From assembly GCA_041747555.1 (NCBI GenBank), contig JBGTEY010000007.1:11426-75425 (forward strand): a DNA stretch of 64,000 nt, in the 5' to 3' direction. The notes beneath the pieces are model-generated. The model worked only from the letters and a program-made list of their open reading frames with translations, was not told the DNA's origin and ran no database searches. Each line of letters begins with the position of its first letter. Positions within the stretch are counted from its first letter, which is position 1. The DNA comes from Patescibacteria group bacterium. Lineage in GTDB: Bacteria; Patescibacteriota; Microgenomatia; UBA1400; PJMF01. A program made the position numbers and the translations under genes. This document shows, piece by piece, positions 34,743 through 44,461 of the stretch.

Positions 34743-35102
34743 ATGCCAAGAATAAGCCATCATCAAACACCAGCACAAAAACGAAAACTACGCGTTCGTC
34801 GTGAGCTCAAGGGCACTGCAGAACGACCACGAGTTTCTGTGCATCGATCAAATCAACATATTTTCGTTCAGGCAATTGATGATGTTGCACAAAAGACAAT
34901 TGCTTCAGCACACGACACAATGGTGGCAGGAAAGAAAAAACAAACCAAAACAGAAAAAGCGATAGCAACTGCTCAGCTCATCGCTCAACTTTTAGAAAAA
35001 AACAAAATATCCAAAGTCATTTTTGACAGAGGGTCACATCGGTATCATGGCAGAGTCAAAGCTGTCGCAGAAGCATTACGAGAAGCAGGCATAACGCTGT
35101 AG
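34743..35102 (+). CDS. rplR: 50S ribosomal protein L18
   Basis: FDRGSHRYHGRVKAVA. Confidence 0.98.
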   Translation: MPRISHHQTPAQKRKLRVRRELKGTAERPRVSVHRSNQHIFVQAIDDVAQKTIASAHDTMVAGKKKQTKTEKAIATAQLIAQLLEKNKISKVIFDRGSHRYHGRVKAVAEALREAGITL

Positions 35103-35112
35103 AAAGGTCTAT

Positions 35113-35880
35113 ATGGCTCGTCCGAGTCAACCAACATCAGAATTTGATGAAAAAGTAATCCAGATCTCCCGTGTTTCAAAGAAAACCAAGGGTGGTAATA
35201 AGATTGGCTTTTCGGTACTCATGGTTGTGGGCGACAAAAAGGGTAACGTTGGCGTTGGGCTTGGAAAAGCCGGCGACGTGTTATCTGCCATCAAAAAAGG
35301 CGTCAAAAAAGCAAAGAAGAAAATGATTAAGGTTCCATTAAATGGAACAACAATCCCATTCCCAATCACTGCCAAAAAAGGTGCAGGCAGAGTCATGCTC
35401 AAGCCCGCTCCCAAAGGTTCTGGAGTTATTGCAGGTGGACCAGTTCGTGCAGTGGTAGAAGCTGCAGGCGTTAGAGACATTTCTAGCAAAATTCTTGGTT
35501 CAGAAAATCAAGCATCAAGTGTGTACGCAACTTTTGAAGCATTGCACCAAATTGAAAGAATCGTAACGCTTAAAGGTATCTCGCTCAAATCAATCGCAGA
35601 AACAGAAGCAGAAGAAGAAAAACGACTCGAAGCGATGCAAGAGAAGCACAAAAAGAGAGCTGAAGGTAAAGATCAAGACGCCAAGGACGCAAAGCAAGTC
35701 AAAGACGTCAAAACAAAAGACAGCAAAAAAACCAGTAAACAGGGAGCTGAAAAAAAGACTGCAAAAAATGAGTCAAAACCAGCACCGAAAGCTGAAAAGA
35801 AAACAGAAGCAAAAGTACCATCAGAAAAACCAGCAGCAAAAACTCCAGCCAAAAAAGAAACGACCAAAAAAGCAAAGTAA
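35113..35880 (+). CDS. rpsE: 30S ribosomal protein S5
   Basis: RVSKKTKGG and GVIAGGPVRAV; long charged tail. Confidence 0.98.
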   Translation: MARPSQPTSEFDEKVIQISRVSKKTKGGNKIGFSVLMVVGDKKGNVGVGLGKAGDVLSAIKKGVKKAKKKMIKVPLNGTTIPFPITAKKGAGRVMLKPAPKGSGVIAGGPVRAVVEAAGVRDISSKILGSENQASSVYATFEALHQIERIVTLKGISLKSIAETEAEEEKRLEAMQEKHKKRAEGKDQDAKDAKQVKDVKTKDSKKTSKQGAEKKTAKNESKPAPKAEKKTEAKVPSEKPAAKTPAKKETTKKAK

Positions 35881-35886
35881 GGAACC

Positions 35887-36327
35887 ATGTCATTACTACA
35901 CCGACTCAAATCCATCACTGATCGACAAAAAAAACGTGTCGGGCGTGGGTATGCATCTGGAAAAGGTGGCCATACTTCTGGTAAGGGAACCAAGGGTCAA
36001 AAATCACGACAAGGTGGAAGTATTCCATTATGGTTTGAAGGTGGACAATTGCCACTCATCAAACGAATGCCAATGCTGAGAGGTAAGGGATTGCTCAAGG
36101 CGGTTCGTCCAACAGCAGAAGTTTCACTGAAGAAACTTGAAAACATGGAAGCTGTCACAATCACGCTAGAAACACTCAAACTTGAAAAGGTCATTGATAA
36201 AAGATTTAAAAAGGCTAAAATAATTGGTCCAGGTCCTGTATCGAAGAAACTTACTATCAAAGGTCTGCCTGTTTCAGCCGGTGCTCGCGCGGAGATAGAA
36301 AAAGCAGGTGGTCAGATCGAGTCATAA
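35887..36327 (+). CDS. rplO: 50S ribosomal protein L15
   Basis: RVGRG and FEGGQLPL. Confidence 0.98.
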   Translation: MSLLHRLKSITDRQKKRVGRGYASGKGGHTSGKGTKGQKSRQGGSIPLWFEGGQLPLIKRMPMLRGKGLLKAVRPTAEVSLKKLENMEAVTITLETLKLEKVIDKRFKKAKIIGPGPVSKKLTIKGLPVSAGARAEIEKAGGQIES

Positions 36328-36329
36328 CT

Positions 36330-37616
36330 GTGTTTAACTCAGTGATACAAACACTACAAAAGGTGTACCAAACTCATGAGCTCCGTCGTAAACTTCTGTT
36401 TACTCTAGGTGTCTTCTTTATTTTTAGATTTTTAGCACACATTCCACTTCCGTCGATTAATTTAGATCAACTTCAGATACTTTTTAATTCAAATCAACTT
36501 CTCAATTTACTCAATGTATTTTCCGGTGGAACGTTAGCTAACTTCTCGGTTGCAGCGGTGGGTATTAGTCCTTACATTACAGCATCAATTATTATGCAGC
36601 TTGGGGGAATGGTAATTCCGCAGATCAAGGAATTGCAAAAGGATGGAGAGTCAGGAAGAGAACGTCTCAATCAATATACTCGTCTGATGACTGTACCATT
36701 AGCTATTGTCCAGAGCATATCAGTGCTTGCTTTGCTGAGGACGCAGGGATTATTGCAAACAAATGATCCAATCGCACTCGCAGCAATGATTATGAGTTTA
36801 GTTGCAGGTGCCATGATTGTAACTTGGCTTGGAGAAATGATTTCTGAGTACGGCATTGGGAATGGTATCTCGATGATCTTATTTGGAGCTATTATTAGTC
36901 AACTCCCTGCAAGTTTGTCACAAGCACTCTTTTCTGTGACATCTGACCAGACCCTAACGATCTTAACCTTCGGTGCTTTATTCATCGCGATTATTGGCTT
37001 AATCGTATTTATGAATGAAGCGATCAGAAAAGTCACGATTCAATATGCCAAACGGCAGCGAGGCAGTCGAGTATATGGTGGGCAAATGACCCATCTTCCG
37101 ATTCGAGTAAATGTCGCGGGCGTGATGCCAATTATTTTTGCAGTTTCGATTTTGATGGTGCCGCCGTTTTTCGCAGGATTTATGATTTCGAGTGGACAGA
37201 GAGAGCTGGTTGAAATTGGTCAGTGGTTAACAATTAACTTTGCACAAACTGCTCCAGTATTTATGATCACTTATTTTGTCGTTGTGTTTTTCTTCACGTT
37301 TTTCTCAGCACTGATTTTCTTTAATGCTGAAAATATTTCTGATGAACTCAAGAAAAGTGGCGCATTTATCCCCGGAATTAGACCAGGTGCCGCCACCAAA
37401 AAATATCTTGAATTCGTGGTATCTCGCATAACGTTAGCAGGTGCGTTTTTCTTGGGTGTAATTGCGTTGCTCCCTTCATTTGCTCAAGTGTTTACCAATA
37501 TTGGTACGCTTGCAATTAGTGGAACAAGCGTACTTATTGTGGTTTCGGTCATTCTTGAAACCATGAAACAGGTGGATAGTATGCTTGTTGAACAAGACTA
37601 CGAGCGGTACTTGTAG
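36330..37616 (+). CDS. secY: Preprotein translocase SecY
   Basis: GISPYITASIIMQL, GIGNGIS and IPGIRPG. Confidence 0.98.
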   Translation: MFNSVIQTLQKVYQTHELRRKLLFTLGVFFIFRFLAHIPLPSINLDQLQILFNSNQLLNLLNVFSGGTLANFSVAAVGISPYITASIIMQLGGMVIPQIKELQKDGESGRERLNQYTRLMTVPLAIVQSISVLALLRTQGLLQTNDPIALAAMIMSLVAGAMIVTWLGEMISEYGIGNGISMILFGAIISQLPASLSQALFSVTSDQTLTILTFGALFIAIIGLIVFMNEAIRKVTIQYAKRQRGSRVYGGQMTHLPIRVNVAGVMPIIFAVSILMVPPFFAGFMISSGQRELVEIGQWLTINFAQTAPVFMITYFVVVFFFTFFSALIFFNAENISDELKKSGAFIPGIRPGAATKKYLEFVVSRITLAGAFFLGVIALLPSFAQVFTNIGTLAISGTSVLIVVSVILETMKQVDSMLVEQDYERYL

Positions 37617-37640
37617 CAGTAACTTACGGGAGGCGACCTC

Positions 37641-38198
37641 ATGCGACTCATTCTTATTGGCATTCAGGGTGCTGGTAAATCAACACAGGGCAATTTCTTG
37701 TCTGAAAAGTATCAAATACCCTACCTTTCTTCTGGTCATATCTTTCGAGAAATGTCTAAGGAGAAGAATAAGTTAGGACGATGGCTCAAAGAGACCATGA
37801 ATTCTGGAGCGCTCATCCCCGATGAGACGACTTTAGAGATCGTCTTAACCTATCTCGAAAATCCCGAATACAAAACAGGGTTTATTCTTGACGGTTTCCC
37901 TCGAACTGTGCCTCAGGCAGAAGCATTTAATGGTGGAATTGATTACGTCGTTTTCCTCGAAGTTTCTGACAAAGAAGCGCTTTGGAGAATTGCTGGTCGA
38001 GTCAGTGATCGAGAAGATGAGACACTTTCTGCAATCAGAACCCGAATACAGCTCTTTCACGATGTTACCGAGCCGGTGATTCGATACTATGAAAAAGAAG
38101 GTAAGTTAATATCTGTAGATGGTGAACTCGATATGGATGGCGTATTTGCGCAGATCGTAGAGAAAATCGAGAAAGCTGAAGCAAAAAAGAAAAAATAA
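37641..38198 (+). CDS. adk: Adenylate kinase (short, LID-less type)
   Basis: GIQGAGKSTQ and LDGFPR; located after secY. Confidence 0.92.
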   Translation: MRLILIGIQGAGKSTQGNFLSEKYQIPYLSSGHIFREMSKEKNKLGRWLKETMNSGALIPDETTLEIVLTYLENPEYKTGFILDGFPRTVPQAEAFNGGIDYVVFLEVSDKEALWRIAGRVSDREDETLSAIRTRIQLFHDVTEPVIRYYEKEGKLISVDGELDMDGVFAQIVEKIEKAEAKKKK

Positions 38199-38275
38199 TG
38201 GAAGATACTAGAAAAGCGAGCTGATTCTCAGCTCGCTTTTTGGTAGGCACAACCATATCAGGCAGAAAACAAACC

Positions 38276-39016
38276 ATGGACACACAAAAAATTCCCAGCA
38301 TGATTGAAGGCGGTAAGCGACTCGCCAAGGTCAAGCGTGCGTTAGTTGATTTTACCAAACCAGGTGTCACATTTGAAGAAATCGAAGCGCTCGCACAAAA
38401 AAGCATTCGAAAAACGGGTGACGTGCCTAGTTTTTCAACTGTGAAAGGCTACGACTGGGCAACGTGCATCATGATTAATGAAGAGCTCTGCCATGGCATT
38501 CCTGTGGATGGTGTTATTGAAAAAGGAGACATTGTTACCATTGATGTGGGCCTTATTCATAATGGGTACCATCTCGATACCACTACAACATTTGCTGCAG
38601 GTGATGTTGCACCAGATGTGCTTGATTTTCTAGAGAGAGGGAGAAAGATTCTTGATGCATCGATCGCCCGCGCTACGGTTGGTAATTCCGTATATGGGAT
38701 TAGTCATGAGATGGAGTCTGGGCTAAAAAAATACGGGTATGGAGTTGTGAGGCAGCTCACAGGGCACGGTATCGGCAAAGAACTGCATATGTATCCTTCA
38801 ATTCCATGTTTTGCACAACGGGCAGACAAGCGAATTATCTTAGAAGAAGGTCAAACATTAGCAATAGAGGTCATGTATACGATGGGAAGCCCGGTTGTTG
38901 TTGAAGCAGAAGATGGATGGACATTTGTGACAGATGATGACTCGTTGTCTGCGATGTTTGAGGAGACAGTGTTGGTATCCAAGGATGGGCCAAAAATTCT
39001 AACTGCAGCTGAGTAA
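38276..39016 (+). CDS. map: Methionine aminopeptidase type I
   Basis: CHGIP, DVG...D, GHGIG and FEET; ATG 38276 preferred over the TTG start. Confidence 0.95.
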   Translation: MDTQKIPSMIEGGKRLAKVKRALVDFTKPGVTFEEIEALAQKSIRKTGDVPSFSTVKGYDWATCIMINEELCHGIPVDGVIEKGDIVTIDVGLIHNGYHLDTTTTFAAGDVAPDVLDFLERGRKILDASIARATVGNSVYGISHEMESGLKKYGYGVVRQLTGHGIGKELHMYPSIPCFAQRADKRIILEEGQTLAIEVMYTMGSPVVVEAEDGWTFVTDDDSLSAMFEETVLVSKDGPKILTAAE

Positions 39017-39071
39017 TCGGATTATGTTAGAAATCTGACGTTCATGGTATCCTTGGTCTAATAAGGATTAT

Positions 39072-39752
39072 ATGGCGGGTGGAGAAAAAAAATCAGAGTA
39101 TGTACCGGGAACGCGACTCGCTGAAAAAACTCAGAAGAATGTTGACAAAATACTCAGAAAGATGCTCAATCATATTGGAGCACAAAATTTTGCAAAACTT
39201 GATCCTGCCGCTACACCTAAGGAAGTTGAATACTATGTTTCATACCATTTGAAGACCTTTGATATTGAAGCTTTGCGCGACTCATATTCACCTGGCGAAA
39301 TCATGCATGCTTTGCGGCAAATAGGCCAACGTCTGCAGGAAGAAGCGCTAGAAAACGAGCGTAAGATATCAAAAGCTAGTAGGGTAGTTAGCACTCTCAA
39401 ATCGTACTTTCCTTGGGCTGAAACATCTGTTGAGAAAGCAAAAAAAGAGTTTGAGTTAAAGGAGATACAGAGAAAATTACTTGAGCGCGTGCTACCTCCA
39501 GGGGCAGACGAATCTATGAAATCAATTGTGTTATTTGTGCATGCACTACTCGCAGATGAGGACTTTCCGAACCAGATCGACAATTGGAAGAGTGGTGGTA
39601 AAGGGTTCAGCGGCTATGCTGCGAAGGTTTACTTTGATCTTTTTAAGCGCTCACGCGACCCAGTGTTTTCTACAGAAATACTTGGACGCATTACCAAAGT
39701 CGCCATGGATTTGTACGAAGATCAAACTCAACAACAGAGACGTAGACGCTAA
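39072..39752 (+). CDS. Hypothetical helical protein
   Basis: 226-aa ORF with aagga SD, lying between map and infA. Confidence 0.7.
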   Translation: MAGGEKKSEYVPGTRLAEKTQKNVDKILRKMLNHIGAQNFAKLDPAATPKEVEYYVSYHLKTFDIEALRDSYSPGEIMHALRQIGQRLQEEALENERKISKASRVVSTLKSYFPWAETSVEKAKKEFELKEIQRKLLERVLPPGADESMKSIVLFVHALLADEDFPNQIDNWKSGGKGFSGYAAKVYFDLFKRSRDPVFSTEILGRITKVAMDLYEDQTQQQRRRR

Positions 39753-39804
39753 TTCACCCCCGTGACATCCCCTGACTAATTTGGTATAATAAAGAGTTCT
39801 AAAT

Positions 39805-40134
39805 ATGGGAAAAGTACAAGATCATAAACGAGCAGCCAAGGCCAAACGCCAAGTTGATCAAACCGACAAGAAGTCTAAGCAGACTGACCGGTTTGCAATT
39901 GAGGGTGTGGTTGAAGAATGCTTGCCAAATACTATGTTTCGAGTCAAGGTAACTGACTCTGAGGTGCCTCAGATGGTTGACCGAATTTTGCTCGGGACAT
40001 TGGTTGGAAAAATGAGATTGTTTCGAATTCGGGTCATGCCTGGCGATGTAGTCAAGGGCTATGTCACAAAATATGACCTCGATAAATGTAAAATAACCTA
40101 TAGATCAACGAAAAATAGCTCGCAGTCAATTTAA
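39805..40134 (+). CDS. infA: Translation initiation factor IF-1
   Basis: EGVVEECLPNTMFRV...GKMR..IRVMPGDVV; basic N-terminal extension. Confidence 0.9.
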   Translation: MGKVQDHKRAAKAKRQVDQTDKKSKQTDRFAIEGVVEECLPNTMFRVKVTDSEVPQMVDRILLGTLVGKMRLFRIRVMPGDVVKGYVTKYDLDKCKITYRSTKNSSQSI

Positions 40135-40196
40135 TACTTTTCAATTAGCTGTTTCTGAGGTATAGTCGTACCCTATTCGTTTGACTTGAGGAAATA

Positions 40197-40328
40197 ATGA
40201 AAGTAAGAACGTCAGTAAAAAAAATGTGCATGCACTGCAAACTAATCCGTCGAAAAGGAGTAGTCCGAGTGATTTGTACCGATCCAAAACATAAACAACG
40301 TCAAAAAAGTAAACCAAATACAAAGTAA
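40197..40328 (+). CDS. rpmJ: 50S ribosomal protein L36 (not in ORF track)
   Basis: Translated by hand: [43 protein letters not shown]. Confidence 0.95.
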   Translation: MKVRTSVKKMCMHCKLIRRKGVVRVICTDPKHKQRQKSKPNTK

Positions 40329-40334
40329 TCAATT

Positions 40335-40745
40335 ATGCCTAGAATACTCGGTGTCGACATCCCAGAAAATAAGAAAATACTGTTCTCTCTACAGTATATC
40401 TATGGAATTGGACCAAAACGCGCAGAATACGCGCTCAAACAAGCCAGTGTCGACCCAGAAAAGAGAGCAAATGAAGTTACCAGAGATGAAGTTAGTCGCA
40501 TTACTCGAGCACTTGAGCAGTATCCCCTTGAGGGAGACCTGAGACGTCAAGTAAACGACAATGTTGATCGACTCAAAAGAATTAAGGCATATCGTGGTAT
40601 TAGACATATCATGAAATTGCCGGTTCGTGGACAACGAACTAGAACCAACTCTCGTGTTTCACGATCAAGTGCAGGACGAAGACGAACAGTCGGTTCGATG
40701 ACAAAAGAAATGGCATCAAAACTAGAAACAGCAAAAAAGAAGTAA
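40335..40745 (+). CDS. rpsM: 30S ribosomal protein S13
   Basis: IYGIG and LPVRGQRTRTN. Confidence 0.99.
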   Translation: MPRILGVDIPENKKILFSLQYIYGIGPKRAEYALKQASVDPEKRANEVTRDEVSRITRALEQYPLEGDLRRQVNDNVDRLKRIKAYRGIRHIMKLPVRGQRTRTNSRVSRSSAGRRRTVGSMTKEMASKLETAKKK

Positions 40746-40753
40746 AGTAATCT

Positions 40754-41164
40754 ATGGCACGGACAAAAGCGACCACCAAATCAAAAAAACCAACCAAGAA
40801 AAAGGTACAAAAAGCTGTACCAAAAGGTCGGTTGTACGTCACAGCGACATTTAATAGCACTCTCGTCAGCATCACTGACGATACTGGAAATGTCCTCTGC
40901 TGGTCTTCAGCTGGCGAATCTGGTTTCTCTGGTTCAAGAAAATCAACCCCATACGCAGCAACTATTACTGTAGAAAATGCAGTCAATAAAGCTCGAAACT
41001 ATGGAATGAATCAAATGGATGTCTTCATCAAGGGTCCAGGACCTGGACGCGACGTTGCGCTCAGAGTACTCAAGGCTCAAGGCATTCGCGTATCAATGAT
41101 TGCTGATGTGACTCCAATTCCACACAATGGAACTCGACCACGCAAGGCAAAGCACAATAAATAA
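40754..41164 (+). CDS. rpsK: 30S ribosomal protein S11
   Basis: RKSTPYAA and DVTPIPHNG. Confidence 0.99.
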   Translation: MARTKATTKSKKPTKKKVQKAVPKGRLYVTATFNSTLVSITDDTGNVLCWSSAGESGFSGSRKSTPYAATITVENAVNKARNYGMNQMDVFIKGPGPGRDVALRVLKAQGIRVSMIADVTPIPHNGTRPRKAKHNK

Positions 41165-41186
41165 TAGTTTAATTAAGAGGTAGATC

Positions 41187-41795
41187 ATGGCTCGATACAC
41201 AGGACCAAAAAACAAGCTCGCACGAAAAATCGGTGAAGATCTTGGACTCAAGACAAACGCACTGAAGGTTGCGCGTCGATTAATGGTTCGACCCGGTCAG
41301 CATGGTATGCGCGGTCGAAGAAAATTATCTGACTTCGGTATTCAGCTCAAAGAAAAGCAAAAAATTAAATATATTTATGGAATTTTAGAGAATCAATTGA
41401 GAAGACAGTACGATGCTGCGAGCAAGAATCCAGCAGCTACAGGCTCGGTACTTTTGAGTCTTCTTGAACGACGACTCGACAACGCGGTGTATAGGGCAGG
41501 ATGGACCAATACACGAGCTCAGGCTCGTCAATTAGTCGGTCACGGTCATGTACAAGTAAACGGTAAGAAAATGGATGTCCCATCATACAGAACACAAGTT
41601 GAAGATGTAATCACACTCAGCAATAAAGCAGTTAAGATTCCGTATGTCGCTGATTTACTTAAGGAAGATGATAAAAATTTGCCATCTTGGATTGAACGAA
41701 AAAGTGGCGTCGCTAAAATAACACGATTACCAGTCAGAGACGACGTGACTGAAACAATCGAGGAACAACTAGTCGTCGAGTATTATAGTCGGTAG
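41187..41795 (+). CDS. rpsD: 30S ribosomal protein S4
   Basis: MARYTGPK, LERRLDN and VVEYYSR. Confidence 0.99.
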   Translation: MARYTGPKNKLARKIGEDLGLKTNALKVARRLMVRPGQHGMRGRRKLSDFGIQLKEKQKIKYIYGILENQLRRQYDAASKNPAATGSVLLSLLERRLDNAVYRAGWTNTRAQARQLVGHGHVQVNGKKMDVPSYRTQVEDVITLSNKAVKIPYVADLLKEDDKNLPSWIERKSGVAKITRLPVRDDVTETIEEQLVVEYYSR

Positions 41796-41892
41796 TAGAT
41801 AGTAGTAAAAATAGTAAGCGCGTGCCGCAGGCACGCACCCACTAGTAACGGATTCCTGAAAATCAGGGAGATGAAACAAGGAGGAACAATAT

Positions 41893-42840
41893 ATGGCAAG
41901 AGACATAACTCTATACCCGGTGATGACACCAACCTTTGAAGTAACCGCAGAAGCTGGCGCAACCCCTACGGTCGCAACAATTTCTATGGAACCACTTGAG
42001 CAAGGATATGGTCATACAGTAGGAAACGCGCTTCGACGCGTACTGCTTTCATCACTTCCAGGTTCAGCAATCACAGAAGTTCACATTGATGGAGCAGATC
42101 ATCTTTACTCAACACTCGATGGAATGAAGGAAGATGTGCTTGAGCTCGTACTCAACCTCAAATTGGTTCGCGTACATGCAGAAACAGAAGAAGAGGGCAC
42201 ACTCCGATTGCAAGCAAAAGGTCCTGGAGTTGTAACGGCTAGCAGCATTGAATGTGGTGCAGGCTATAGCATCGTTAACCCAGATCAACACATCGCCACC
42301 CTAGAAAAAGGCTCTAATCTTGATATCACCATGACTGTCAGTTCTGGAGTTGGATACATGGTTGTTGGTGATGAAAAATCATCCCAAGTTGGTCAGATTA
42401 AAGTTGATGCATTGTTTTCACCAGTCGAAAAGGTTTCTTACAGAGTTGAGGCAACTCGTGTTGGAAGAAGAACAGACTATGATAAACTGGTTCTCGAAAT
42501 TCAAACCGATGGTACTATTGAACCACTCGAAGCAGTTAGACAAGCAGCACAGATTTTGCAGAGACAATTTAGTCAAATTGTGAATCCAGTTATCCCCGTT
42601 ACAGAAGAGCCAGAAGTATCTTTGAGTCCAGAAGAGGCAGAAGTACTTCGACTTACCGTAGAAGAGCTTGATTTACCAACCAGAATTGCTAACGCACTTC
42701 GAAAAGGTGGATTCAAGACAGTCGGAGATTTGGTTACCACAAGTCGATCGGTTGTTTCTAAAGTCAAGAATCTTGGTGGTAAAAGTGTAGAAGTTATTGA
42801 CGAAGCGCTTCAGAAAAAAGGCGTCAGTCTTTCTGAGTAA
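41893..42840 (+). CDS. rpoA: RNA polymerase alpha subunit
   Basis: EPLEQGYGHTVGNALRRVLLSS. Confidence 0.99.
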   Translation: MARDITLYPVMTPTFEVTAEAGATPTVATISMEPLEQGYGHTVGNALRRVLLSSLPGSAITEVHIDGADHLYSTLDGMKEDVLELVLNLKLVRVHAETEEEGTLRLQAKGPGVVTASSIECGAGYSIVNPDQHIATLEKGSNLDITMTVSSGVGYMVVGDEKSSQVGQIKVDALFSPVEKVSYRVEATRVGRRTDYDKLVLEIQTDGTIEPLEAVRQAAQILQRQFSQIVNPVIPVTEEPEVSLSPEEAEVLRLTVEELDLPTRIANALRKGGFKTVGDLVTTSRSVVSKVKNLGGKSVEVIDEALQKKGVSLSE

Positions 42841-42843
42841 ATC

Positions 42844-43446
42844 ATGAGACACAGAATAGCAGGTAAAAAATTTAATCGAGACACGAACGCGCGCAAGAAT
42901 TTGCTCAGCGGGTTGGTGAGAAGTCTTGTTGAGCACGGTAAAATCGTGACTACACAAGCGAAAGCCAAAGAAGTGAAGCGTCTCACAGATAAACTCGTCT
43001 CAATTGCACAGCGGGATGACAATGTCGCTGCACGCAGACTCCTCCACCGTTTCTTTGGAAAGAGAGACGTGGTAAATACCTTGGTTGATCGAATTGCACC
43101 GCTCTTTACCGACAGAGTTTCTGGTTTTACTACCATTAAATCTGCGGGAGTCAGACGTGGTGACAACACCGCACTGTTTCAGCTCAGCTTTATAAAAATG
43201 CCAGAAGTAACTGGAGTTCTGAAAGCACCGGCCAGCGTCAAAGAAGCAGCCGCTGCATCGAGAGCAACTGGTGCCAAGAAATCTTCAAAGGCTGCGCCAA
43301 AAGCAACCAAAAAAGATTCGGTAGAAAAAACTGCTCCAGCAGCAAAAAAAGTCGAAGCCAAACCAAAAAAAGCAGCTCCAAAAAAGACTGCACCAAAACC
43401 AGCAGCAAAGAAGAAATCGGCACCCAAAAAGGAAGCTAAGAAGTAA
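42844..43446 (+). CDS. rplQ: 50S ribosomal protein L17
   Basis: MRHR and RRGDN; Lys/Ala/Pro-rich tail. Confidence 0.97.
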   Translation: MRHRIAGKKFNRDTNARKNLLSGLVRSLVEHGKIVTTQAKAKEVKRLTDKLVSIAQRDDNVAARRLLHRFFGKRDVVNTLVDRIAPLFTDRVSGFTTIKSAGVRRGDNTALFQLSFIKMPEVTGVLKAPASVKEAAAASRATGAKKSSKAAPKATKKDSVEKTAPAAKKVEAKPKKAAPKKTAPKPAAKKKSAPKKEAKK

Positions 43447-43449
43447 ATC

Positions 43450-43893
43450 ATGCAAAAAACGTATCAACAGAAAACAAGTGAAGTGGTGAGAGCATGGCAT
43501 ATGATTGATGCAAAAGGCCAAATTCTCGGTAGAGTAGCAACAGAAATTGCCAAACACTTAATCGGCAAGCATAAACCCACCTACACTCCTCATATTGATG
43601 CAGGGGATTATGTTGTAGTGCTTAACGCTGCAGACATTACGGTCACCGGAAACAAAGCAACCCAAAAACAATACTTCCGTCACTCTGGATATCCAGGTGC
43701 ACTCAAGGGAGAAAATTTCGAAGAATTGCTTGAAAGACAACCAACTAAAATTATTGAGAAAGCGGTATATAATATGCTTCCTAAGAACAAACTTAGAAGT
43801 GATCGTATGGCCCGACTCAAGATTTATGCTGACGATCAACACAAGCACTCAAGCCAATTGGGAAATACATCTACAACACCTGAGGCAGAATAA
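43450..43893 (+). CDS. rplM: 50S ribosomal protein L13
   Basis: GKHKPTYTPHIDAGD. Confidence 0.99.
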   Translation: MQKTYQQKTSEVVRAWHMIDAKGQILGRVATEIAKHLIGKHKPTYTPHIDAGDYVVVLNAADITVTGNKATQKQYFRHSGYPGALKGENFEELLERQPTKIIEKAVYNMLPKNKLRSDRMARLKIYADDQHKHSSQLGNTSTTPEAE

Positions 43894-43901
43894 GGATCAC
43901 T

Positions 43902-44417
43902 ATGGCACTTAAACTAAGCAAAAAGAATAAAAAAGTCAAAAAAATAATCAAAAAAGCCAATACCTCGCAGCGACAAGCTCGAGCTCATGAGGCAGATCCA
44001 TTGGCAAATCTTAATGTGCCAACCGGTACTTACACTGGTGCAGTTGGACGACGTAAAGTTGCTACCGCTCGAGTCAGAATCTATGAATCCGAAGGTGATT
44101 TTATTGTGAACAACCAGCTGGCTCGTGATTATTTTGACACCATCCCACATGCTGCAGTTCGATACATGGAACCATTCGTAGTTACAGAGACTAAAGGTAA
44201 ATTCTCTGTCAGAGTCACGGTCAATGGATCAGGAATGTCTGCACAGCTCGATGCCATGGTACATGGAATTGCTCGTGCATTAATCGCTTTTGACCCAGAT
44301 TTGAGACCTTCTCTCAAAGAAAAAGGTCTTCTCACCAGAGACGATCGCATGAAAGAAACACGAAAAATCGGTACGGGTGGAAAAGCTCGACGCAAGAGAC
44401 AGTCACCAAAACGATAA
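43902..44417 (+). CDS. rpsI: 30S ribosomal protein S9
   Basis: GRRKVATARV, LLTRD and C-terminal QSPKR. Confidence 0.98.
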   Translation: MALKLSKKNKKVKKIIKKANTSQRQARAHEADPLANLNVPTGTYTGAVGRRKVATARVRIYESEGDFIVNNQLARDYFDTIPHAAVRYMEPFVVTETKGKFSVRVTVNGSGMSAQLDAMVHGIARALIAFDPDLRPSLKEKGLLTRDDRMKETRKIGTGGKARRKRQSPKR

Positions 44418-44461
44418 TCTGGCCAGAAATTCTTTTATTTTTTCAGTTTTTGAAACTTTTT

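Noticed and set aside
39005-39034. dif-like site (ttatgttagaa resembles a XerD arm); similar atgttaaa words occur in the cassette region
   Set aside because: There is no matching XerC arm at 6-bp spacing. The cassette-region words fit boxA on the other strand better.
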